64,000 nucleotides of DNA from a bacterium (lineage in GTDB: Bacteria; Electryoneota; JAOADG01). A program made the position numbers and the translations under genes. The DNA lies in contig OY820579.1 of assembly GCA_963681965.1 (NCBI GenBank), forward strand, positions 3,936,001 to 4,000,000, in the 5' to 3' direction. Positions within the stretch are counted from its first letter, which is position 1. The number at the start of each line of letters is the position of its first letter. Below the pieces are notes generated by a model, which was not told the DNA's origin, did no database searches, and saw only the letters and a program-made list of their open reading frames with translations. Positions 1 to 7,913 of this stretch are shown here, piece by piece.

Positions 1-1303
1 GCTTCTCATTCTGGCGGAGACTCTCTTCGGCTAATGCGACATTCGCTTCCTGTTTGCGATACCGATATTCGGCATCGCGCAATTTCCGGTAGGTCTGTTC
101 GACCCACAATTTTACTTTTCGCGAAGCATCGGCGCGCATCGCGGCGACTTCCCTGGTCAAATGTCGATCGGATTGCGTGCGATGATAGGATTGTAACCCG
201 TCGAAGAGTGTGATACTGGCTTGGATCCCGATCACCCACCGGGGATCAAGACTCGATTGATATTGCGGATAGGTCTCGTATTTACCGAATGCAGCCACTG
301 TCGGGAGCATATCGGCACGATCTGCTACTATTTTCGTTTTGGCGGAACTCTGCTTTGCATCGATCATTTGAAGCAACGGCTGATTCCGCTCGGCAAGTGT
401 TAAGAATCTCGCGAGCGAATCGTTGATCATCGCCGGATGGAGCGTATCGGATAGTTCGATAACATCGCTGTTGGAATATTGCACGGTCAAACGCAAGGCG
501 GTACGAGCCAATTCCAAGCGATTGCGGTCATCACTGAGGTTGCGTTCGGCATCGGCGACGGCTACTTCCGCGCGCAGCAGTTGTGCCCGCGCAATCAAAC
601 CTTCCTGAAACAGTTTCCCGGCATCGGAACGATGTCGATTCATCCCGTCGAGTACGTCAGCTCGCACCTTCACGACATCCTGCAAGAGCAAGACCGCGAG
701 ATAATTCCGGACCGTTTCAAACAACACTTCGTCGTCGACTTTGGTCAATTCCGCTTCGGCAAATTTTCGCTCGGCGTGAGCATATCGCTTTCCAGCCACT
801 ATTTTACCACCGGTAAAAAGTGGTTGTACACCGACGACTGCAAGCGTTTTATAATCCTGTTGTTTGATCCGGTCGACAAATCGTGGAATCGCCGCGTCTA
901 GTTGCGCAAACGCCTGTTGATAGACGGCTTGACGTTGCGCCGGAGTCAGCGCCGGCTGCGATGCAAGCAATTTTCCGATGTTGGTAAATTCCACCTGATT
1001 GCTTGCCTGCAGTTGAATCATGGCACTGCGAATCGGCGACAAATCGAATTCCAATGGGTCGTTCAGATGGTTGTAACTCCCATCCAGCCGTATCGTCGGG
1101 AGGAACCGTCCTAACGCTACCCGGTCTTCGAGTTTACGCTCTTCGAGTCGTTCGCGGTATTGCTGCACAGCGGGATGTCCCTTGTGCGCCAACCCGATTG
1201 CCTGTTTTAGTGTCAATGGTTCGGAATGGACTGTGACAAAATTGCACAGCGCAACCAGAACAGTGAAATAGGACACTAAATATTTATGTGAGTATATTTT
1301 CAT
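1..1303 (-). CDS. TolC-family outer membrane efflux protein (partial, runs off the left end; absent from the ORF track)
   Basis: Manual translation of the start, middle and left end from ATG 1303: signal-like N-terminus MKIYSHKYLVSYFTVLVALCNFVTVHS, then LTLKQAIGLA...FLPTIRLDGSY, QPLFTGGKI, GLIARAQLLRAEVAVADA and VALAEESLRQNEK, all typical OEP repeat motifs. No stop codon in the segments checked. Confidence 0.9.
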   Translation of the reverse strand, partial: MKIYSHKYLVSYFTVLVALCNFVTVHSEPLTLKQAIGLAHKGHPAVQQYRERLEERKLEDRVALGRFLPTIRLDGSYNHLNDPLEFDLSPIRSAMIQLQASNQVEFTNIGKLLASQPALTPAQRQAVYQQAFAQLDAAIPRFVDRIKQQDYKTLAVVGVQPLFTGGKIVAGKRYAHAERKFAEAELTKVDDEVLFETVRNYLAVLLLQDVVKVRADVLDGMNRHRSDAGKLFQEGLIARAQLLRAEVAVADAERNLSDDRNRLELARTALRLTVQYSNSDVIELSDTLHPAMINDSLARFLTLAERNQPLLQMIDAKQSSAKTKIVADRADMLPTVAAFGKYETYPQYQSSLDPRWVIGIQASITLFDGLQSYHRTQSDRHLTREVAAMRADASRKVKLWVEQTYRKLRDAEYRYRKQEANVALAEESLRQNEK

Positions 1304-1382
1304 TGTGAGCGAATGCTCCCCTAGAAATCCCGGTCGTTTTAATTTTCCGGCAATCCGTCTCGAAATCTCGAATGGACTTACC

Positions 1383-1400
1383 AAACTGACTGGTTGGTTT
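1383..1400. promoter_or_regulatory. Imperfect palindrome, TetR-type operator candidate
   Basis: AAACTGACTGGTTGGTTT (AAAC-N2-AC-N2-GT-N2-GTTT symmetry) in the divergent intergenic region between the TolC and ABC exporter genes. Confidence 0.45.
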
Positions 1401-1483
1401 AAATTATCTTATTTTTATACCAAATGCAATTGTCGTTGATATTATTGCATTTACAACATTCAATCTGAGAGTAGCACAGCAGA

Positions 1484-3283
1484 ATGCCCGATTTCGATCA
1501 ACAGGATTTGGAAGAACACCACTCCAGCTCGTTGCGTAAACGCGTAGCGGCACTTCGTCGTGTCTTGCCTTATGCCCGACCCTACCTAAGCAGTTTTGTC
1601 TTGGGGGGGATATTCATGTTGATTACGACGGCTGCTTCGGTCTTTCAGCCATTGCTTTTCCGCCGCATTTTCGATGTCAACCTCCCGGCGAAAGATTCAT
1701 TCGGTGTCATCATTTCCTCTTCGATCTTCTTGGGATTACTCGGTATTGCGACGTTCTTCCGGTATCTGCACAATATTTATCTCGGTAAAGCGGGCGTAAG
1801 CGTTGTCAACGATCTGAAGCGGGTTGTGTTCGACAAGATGCTGACGTTCGAGCTGGCATACTATGACAAGAATCCGGTCGGCAGGTTGGTTGCGCGCGTG
1901 GAATCGGATTGCGAGCGTTTGGTTAGTTTGTTTACGACGGTCGGGTTGCAACTCATCTCCACCTTTATTTTCATCGCCGGTATTCTGGCGGTGTTGTATC
2001 CGATCGATTGGCGGCTCGCAGTAGCACTCAATCTGCTGGTGATCATCGTTATTACCAGCGCGCTGATATTCTTCAACCGGATGCGTCCGAAATTCCGCGA
2101 GGAGCGTGCGAAAATCGCCGCCGTTACAGCAGTTGTCACTGAATTTACACAAGGTGCAAGATTGCTGCGCATGATGGGTCGGGAGGCTTATGCCGAGCAG
2201 CGATTGAGTTCGGTGAATGCGGATAAAGTCTCCTTTCAAATCGGTATCTTCATCCGGTTCACGACATTCTTCCTGCCGCTGGGATTGTTGAATATTGCCG
2301 CCGTCGGTGGAATACTCTGGATTGGTGCCGATTGGCAGCGGGTCGGCGCATTTACTGTCGGTACGGTGGTGATGTTTGCGCAGTATCTCGCACAACTCTT
2401 CCAACCTTTGTTTGAAATGACCGAGCAACTGGGTGAAATCCAGCGCGCACTGGGATCGGCAGATCGGATTCTGGAATTGTTGGATCGCACACCGGTCGTT
2501 TCGAATCCGAGTAGTCCGAAACCATTGCCAGCGCTGACGAGTACAATCTTGCTGAACAATGTCAGCTTCGCTTATGATGCCGAAAAACCGGTACTCAAGA
2601 ATGTTTCGCTGGCGATTCCCGCAGGAAAGCGAATTGCCATTGTGGGACCGACCGGTGGCGGTAAATCGACGATCATCAATCTGCTCTGCCGGTTTTACGA
2701 TCCGATCGCCGGAACGATTACCTGGGATGGGATCGACCTTCGCAACGTGTCGCAAGAAGAACTCCGCTCGCGGATTGGTTTGGTGTTGCAGGATCTCTAT
2801 CTCTTCCCCGGAACCGTCGAAGAGAACCTGAAAGTGTTGCGCACCGATGTACCTCGTGAGCGCGTTCAACGCGCAATCGACCGGCTCGGAACCGGCGATC
2901 TGATTGCGAAATTGCCGAATGGACTGGACTCGGTGTTTGCCGAACGGAGTGCGAATATCTCCTTCGGCGAACGGCAATTGATCGCCTTTACGCGCGCACT
3001 GGTATTCGATCCGGAACTACTGATCCTGGACGAAGCCACTTCCAGCGTCGATCCCGAAACAGAACGGGCAATCGAGGATTCATTACAGAAGTTACTTTCC
3101 GATCGCACTGCGGTGATTGTCGCGCACCGGCTTTCGACGATTCGCAACGCCGACGCGATTGCCGTCGTGAAGAACGGCGAAATCATCGAATTGGGAACAC
3201 ACGATCAATTGCTGGCAAAGCAAGGGTTCTACAGCAAATTGTACCGGATCCAATTCCCCGGGAGCGACCATGTTCCAGCATGA
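1484..3283 (+). CDS. ABC exporter, fused TMD-NBD subunit (MdlB/YheH-like)
   Basis: TM helices, Walker A GPTGGGKST, degenerate signature ISFGERQ, Walker B LILDE, switch AHRLST. Confidence 0.93.
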   Translation: MPDFDQQDLEEHHSSSLRKRVAALRRVLPYARPYLSSFVLGGIFMLITTAASVFQPLLFRRIFDVNLPAKDSFGVIISSSIFLGLLGIATFFRYLHNIYLGKAGVSVVNDLKRVVFDKMLTFELAYYDKNPVGRLVARVESDCERLVSLFTTVGLQLISTFIFIAGILAVLYPIDWRLAVALNLLVIIVITSALIFFNRMRPKFREERAKIAAVTAVVTEFTQGARLLRMMGREAYAEQRLSSVNADKVSFQIGIFIRFTTFFLPLGLLNIAAVGGILWIGADWQRVGAFTVGTVVMFAQYLAQLFQPLFEMTEQLGEIQRALGSADRILELLDRTPVVSNPSSPKPLPALTSTILLNNVSFAYDAEKPVLKNVSLAIPAGKRIAIVGPTGGGKSTIINLLCRFYDPIAGTITWDGIDLRNVSQEELRSRIGLVLQDLYLFPGTVEENLKVLRTDVPRERVQRAIDRLGTGDLIAKLPNGLDSVFAERSANISFGERQLIAFTRALVFDPELLILDEATSSVDPETERAIEDSLQKLLSDRTAVIVAHRLSTIRNADAIAVVKNGEIIELGTHDQLLAKQGFYSKLYRIQFPGSDHVPA

Positions 3284-5018
3284 TTTCCGATGGTTCATGA
3301 ATTACTGGAAACAACGCCGCGGGCTGATGTTGACGGTCTTGATCCTGACGGTATTTTCGATCGTCGCGCGAACGGCATACCCGCTGATGTTCAAATTCGT
3401 GCTCGACAAACTGACAGCAAAAGCGGCACCATCGGAAATTCGCACTTGGGTCTGGTTCCTGATTATCGTCGGAGTCTATCAAGGGTTGATGTTCGCCATC
3501 CTCCCCAACTCGCGTGCTTACGGCAATCTGGTGTTCGGGCGATTGATGCGGGAAACGGTATTCCGGAAAATCCTGCGTAAAGGACACGACTTCTTCCTGA
3601 AATTCCGTACCGGCGATTTGATCACGCGCTTGACCGACGACATCGAAGGATCGGATCTAAAACTGTCGTGGTATAGTTGCAGCGGCGTGATGCGCCCGGT
3701 GGAAATGTCGCTGGTAATTCTGTTTTCGCTCGGTGTGATGTTCTCGCTGAATTGGAAATTGACATTACTAGTGTTTATCCCCCTGCCGTTTTTCATCTGG
3801 CTCTTGGCTCGGACGATGGGCATGCTGGAGAAACGCGCGCAGGAGCGACAGAAGGCGATCAGCGAAGTAAACGATTTACTGGAAACAAGTATCAGCGGGA
3901 TTCGGATCGTTAAAGGATTCTGCGCCGAAAAGCAATTGGGCGAAAAATTGACAGCGACGCTCTCGCATCGGGTCGATACCGAAGTCAGCTTTATTCGCAT
4001 CAATGCGATGGTCCAGACGGTCGGATTGATGGTGCAGAATTTCGGAATCGTAATCGGATTGTTTGTCGGTGGCGTATTGACGATTCGCGGCGAAATGACC
4101 GTCGGTAGTTTCTTCGCATTCGCCAATTATTTTCAATTCCTCGTCGAACCAATTTTTACGATCGGCTATTTCTTCGCGATTACGAAGATCAATTTTGCTT
4201 ATGTCGATCGGTTGAAGGAAGTTGAAAATTTCCCTGAACCGAAGCGATCGACAGTTGCCTGCTCCGAATCGATGCAGAAATTGGAATTCAAGAATATTTC
4301 CGCGAAGTTCCCCGATACCGAACGGATGATTCTCGAAGACGTGAGTTTCGCAATCGAGCCGCGACAAACCATTGCGGTGGTTGGACCGATCGGCTGTGGT
4401 AAATCGACACTGGTGGAAGTTGCCCTCGGCGAAATGAAGCCGGAATCGGGAGCAGTCTATTGGAATGATCGGAATATCGATCAACTCGAGCCACACAGCC
4501 GGCTATCGCACATTGGACTAGTACCACAAGAACCGCTGCTGTTCAGCGAGACAGTGACCGAGAATATCCGCCTGGGCGATCCTTCGATCTCCGATCAAGC
4601 GATCACGCAATCGTTGAATGCCTCGCGACTGGAATCCGAATTGAAGTTATTCCCGCACGGCGGCAACACACTGCTGGGTCAACGCGGTATCGAATTAAGT
4701 GGTGGTCAGAAACAGCGGCTGGCGTTAGCACGAGTATTAGCGCGCCGTCCCGATTTGTTATTACTCGACGACGTGACCAGTGCACTGGATGCCGAAACCG
4801 AACAAATGTTCTGGCGCAATTTCCGGACGGAATATCCCGACACGGCTGTATTGGTAGTGACCCACCGGCTCGCGACAGCGGCACAAGCCGATCAGGTATT
4901 GATGCTTGACGATGGAAAAATTGTTGCCTACGGACCACACCTGACATTGATGGAGACCAACGATCGGTATCGGGCATTTGTCGAACGCGAAGAGACGGAA
5001 GAGGCGGTAACGAAATAA
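3270..5018 (+). CDS. ABC exporter, fused TMD-NBD subunit (MdlA/YheI-like)
   Basis: TM helices, Walker A GPIGCGKST, signature LSGGQKQR, degenerate Walker B LLLLDD; overlaps the upstream partner by 14 nt. Confidence 0.93.
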   Translation: MFQHDFRWFMNYWKQRRGLMLTVLILTVFSIVARTAYPLMFKFVLDKLTAKAAPSEIRTWVWFLIIVGVYQGLMFAILPNSRAYGNLVFGRLMRETVFRKILRKGHDFFLKFRTGDLITRLTDDIEGSDLKLSWYSCSGVMRPVEMSLVILFSLGVMFSLNWKLTLLVFIPLPFFIWLLARTMGMLEKRAQERQKAISEVNDLLETSISGIRIVKGFCAEKQLGEKLTATLSHRVDTEVSFIRINAMVQTVGLMVQNFGIVIGLFVGGVLTIRGEMTVGSFFAFANYFQFLVEPIFTIGYFFAITKINFAYVDRLKEVENFPEPKRSTVACSESMQKLEFKNISAKFPDTERMILEDVSFAIEPRQTIAVVGPIGCGKSTLVEVALGEMKPESGAVYWNDRNIDQLEPHSRLSHIGLVPQEPLLFSETVTENIRLGDPSISDQAITQSLNASRLESELKLFPHGGNTLLGQRGIELSGGQKQRLALARVLARRPDLLLLDDVTSALDAETEQMFWRNFRTEYPDTAVLVVTHRLATAAQADQVLMLDDGKIVAYGPHLTLMETNDRYRAFVEREETEEAVTK

Positions 5019-5423
5019 CGCGAAGTCGGGTCAAATCTTGCATTTGTCTAACTATACTAATAACCGTTATATACCCGTCAGCTGATCCGCAAATCATTGA
5101 ATAATTTCGATACCAATAAAACTCATTTTTGCGGTTATTTCTCATTGATTATGAAAGCATTAAATCTTTACTACTTGTATTTATAGAAATTTACGGTATT
5201 TTTTATTAATTTCGGATTTACAATTCATATCCTCTCGCGACACCGACACATTCATACCGTAACTAATTAAATATCATTTTATTATAATCACCATTCAAAG
5301 AATTGAAATTTATATAACCGATTTTGCGCTGCAAATTCGATTCATAGTGAGAATTAATAAAAATTATATTATATTTGTAGTACAATTTGTACTCTTACAA
5401 GAATAGACGAAATCGGGGGACCT

Positions 5424-6236
5424 ATGACGACAGAAAAAGGCATCGAGACGACTTTCGCACAGCACCTTGGTGATCTCACAAAATTGGTATTGCAACACCG
5501 AACTGAGTTAAATAAACAACTCGAACACAAAGAATTCGAAAAAGCCAAAGTAACCATCGATTCAATCCAATCGATTCTGGAAATATTGACTCGTCTGCGT
5601 ACGATCGAAATCGACTGGAAACGATTACAATCACTCACGGCTCCGGTAAGTTCCGATATCGTAAAGGGACCGAAAGGCAAGCGGGGTCGGCAAGCAAAAC
5701 CGGTTGCTCTGGAACCACTTACGGAAACGGTCGAGCTGGTCGAACCGAAGAAACGTGGTCGGAAACCGGGTCAGAAGAACGTCAAGACCGACAAACGAAA
5801 AGGAAAGCGGGGACGAAAACCCCGCAACGAAAGTTCCTCGTTACCGCATTTGAGTCAAAAAGAGTATTATCGACCGATACTCGAAACGCTGCACGAAAAC
5901 GGTGGTCAGCTCGAAAGCAATCGTTGCCGCGATCTATTGCGCAATCGCTTGACTCATGTCTTACAACCGGGCGATTTCGCTCCGGTCGGCGATACGAAAA
6001 TTGAGCGCTGGGCGTATCTCATTCCGTGGGCGAAATTAAAATTAGTGAAAGCCGGGTTAATGAGGGACGATGTTCCTCGAAAAATCTGGGCTATTTCCGA
6101 TCACGGGAAAGATTGGTTGACCGGAAAACTGGAATTGACGATCTCCAATATCGATAAACTTCATGGAGTACCGGGTGTTCCGGAAAGCGATGCGAATGCG
6201 GAACCGAAACGTCGCGGACGGAAACCGAAAAAATAA
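5424..6236 (+). CDS. Basic DNA-binding protein: N-terminal helical region, RGR(K)P repeats, Mrr N-terminal-like winged helix
   Basis: YYRPILETLHENGG...RW...WAKLKLVKAGLM...PRKIWAISDHGKDWL matches the Mrr_N pattern; KRGRQ, KRGRKP (x2) and RRGRKP motifs; no nuclease domain. Confidence 0.75.
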   Translation: MTTEKGIETTFAQHLGDLTKLVLQHRTELNKQLEHKEFEKAKVTIDSIQSILEILTRLRTIEIDWKRLQSLTAPVSSDIVKGPKGKRGRQAKPVALEPLTETVELVEPKKRGRKPGQKNVKTDKRKGKRGRKPRNESSSLPHLSQKEYYRPILETLHENGGQLESNRCRDLLRNRLTHVLQPGDFAPVGDTKIERWAYLIPWAKLKLVKAGLMRDDVPRKIWAISDHGKDWLTGKLELTISNIDKLHGVPGVPESDANAEPKRRGRKPKK

Positions 6237-6262
6237 CCGACTAAGTTGTTTACGATCCTTAT

Positions 6263-6294
6263 AAAAACGCCGCTTAGCGGCGTTTTTCTTTTTT
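6263..6294 (+). terminator. Rho-independent terminator
   Basis: aaaaACGCCGC-tta-GCGGCGT-ttttctttttt downstream of 6236. Confidence 0.85.
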
Positions 6295-6388
6295 CGATGA
6301 TGCGAGTATAAACGACAACAGATATTCCGTTTACTAACAAAAAGATGAAAACTGACACAGATTTTTGCACTTTCACAAGAGAATAACT

Positions 6389-6404
6389 TGGAATGAAATT
6401 TGCT
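6389..6404 (+). promoter_or_regulatory. Sigma-54 (-24/-12) promoter candidate for the GT4 gene
   Basis: TGGAATGAAATTTGCT = GG-N10-GC with TTGC. Confidence 0.55.
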
Positions 6405-6424
6405 TCAATTTATGTTATCATATC

Positions 6425-6558
6425 TCTTGAAAAAATGTGTCATTATTCAGTGTCAGCCTTCGATTGATAGGTACAGACAAGAGTGTCTATCTGTACAGTT
6501 CATTACGGACGTCCATTATATAGCGGATCGCCCATATTGGGGTAACAATTTTTTTGAG
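6425..6558. repeat. Degenerate copy of the modular REP/inverted-repeat element
   Basis: Left end TCTTGAAAAAATGTGTCATTATTCAGTGTCAGCCTTCG resembles the 11469 and 30204 copies; hairpin GTACAGACA-AGAG-TGTCT(ATCT)GTAC is shared with the 44396 copy. Confidence 0.6.
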
Positions 6559-6596
6559 AAACACTAAAGACTAACCGTCACGCGACAGGAAATTCA

Positions 6597-7898
6597 ATGA
6601 CTACAGGACATTCATCCACAACTCTGCGAAAAATTGTGGAAATTACTGCCGGATTCCCGGTGATCTCCGAGACTTTTATCCTTGACATGCTAACCGGACT
6701 GATCGATCGCCAGTTACCAATGGAACATTGGACAACGGATCGTATCGAGCAATCGACGATTCATCCGAATGTTCTTAAATACGATTTGATGAATCGTACT
6801 AAATTCTTAAAAATTCCGCCACTCGTCGGTAATGACAGTGCCTGGACGCTGCAGTTCTGTAGGCTGAACAGCATCGATTCCATCGACACGATCGATGCGT
6901 ACCATGTTCATTTCGGTACGACATTTTTGCGATTGGCACCATATTTCCGGATCAATCAGCAACCGTTAATCGTCTCTTTTCACGGTTTCGATGCGTCGCG
7001 CACATTTCTCGAACTGGGCGACCATTGCTATGACGAATTGTTCGCTCGTGCATCGCTCATCACGACTCCCAGCCATATTATGAAAGCGGCATTGACGTCG
7101 CGCGGCTGCCCCGAACAGAAAATTCGGGTGCATCGCTATGGCATCGATATCACGAAATTTCATCCACAGGAGAAGCCGCTTCGACCCGATCGGATTGAAT
7201 TATTGACCGTCGGTCGGTTTGTTGAAAAAAAGGGGATTGGCGATTCGCTGCGAGCATTCGCGAAGCTTCCGAACCGGGAACGGTGCCGGTATCGGATCAT
7301 CGGCAATGGTCCGTTACTGGAAGAGATGCAGGCGATTATTGCCGAAACCGGGATATCAAAACTAGTTGAGTTATTAGGCGAGAAGACGAGCGACGAAGTC
7401 GCACAAGCAATGCGCGAAACCGACATTTTTATCCTGACGAGTGTCACCGCATCGACCGGCGATCAGGAAGGATTGCCGGTATCGCTAATCGAGGCACACA
7501 CCAATGGTTTGCCGGTTATCAGTACAATCCATGCCGGAATTCCGGAACTGGTCGCGCACGGCGAAACCGGTCTGTTGGCGGCAGAACACGATATCGATAC
7601 GATTGCCTCCCACCTATTCCGTTTGACGGAAGACGATCAACTACGTGCGAATATGGCACGTAACGCGCGAATTCGTGCTGTAAAAGAATTTAATATTGTG
7701 TCATTGAATGATAAACTGGCAGGCTATTTTTTCGAATTGCATGCTCAACATCACGAAGAAGTCGAAGACCCGATCGTGAAGGCGATTGGAATGGCGCAGA
7801 AAGGATATAAACGCGCCGCGAAGGCACAACTGGAACGATTGCTGACCGATCCGGTGTATGGCGAAGCAGCAGTAAAAGCACTTGCAGATCTAGAGTAA
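6597..7898 (+). CDS. GT4 glycosyltransferase (WcaL-like)
   Basis: FPVISETFI, HVHFG, SFHGFD, VGRFVEKKG, DQEGLPVSLIEA, HAGIPELV. Confidence 0.9.
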   Translation: MTTGHSSTTLRKIVEITAGFPVISETFILDMLTGLIDRQLPMEHWTTDRIEQSTIHPNVLKYDLMNRTKFLKIPPLVGNDSAWTLQFCRLNSIDSIDTIDAYHVHFGTTFLRLAPYFRINQQPLIVSFHGFDASRTFLELGDHCYDELFARASLITTPSHIMKAALTSRGCPEQKIRVHRYGIDITKFHPQEKPLRPDRIELLTVGRFVEKKGIGDSLRAFAKLPNRERCRYRIIGNGPLLEEMQAIIAETGISKLVELLGEKTSDEVAQAMRETDIFILTSVTASTGDQEGLPVSLIEAHTNGLPVISTIHAGIPELVAHGETGLLAAEHDIDTIASHLFRLTEDDQLRANMARNARIRAVKEFNIVSLNDKLAGYFFELHAQHHEEVEDPIVKAIGMAQKGYKRAAKAQLERLLTDPVYGEAAVKALADLE

Positions 7899-7913
7899 TT
7901 CGGTGTGCTTATT

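Noticed and set aside
6-1236. Short ORFs listed in the track at the window start
   Set aside because: Explained by the unlisted partial TolC-family gene on the minus strand (1-1303).
5424-6236. Mrr restriction endonuclease / defence system
   Set aside because: Only the N-terminal winged helix is present. There is no (D/E)..D..QxK catalytic domain and no neighbouring R-M genes.
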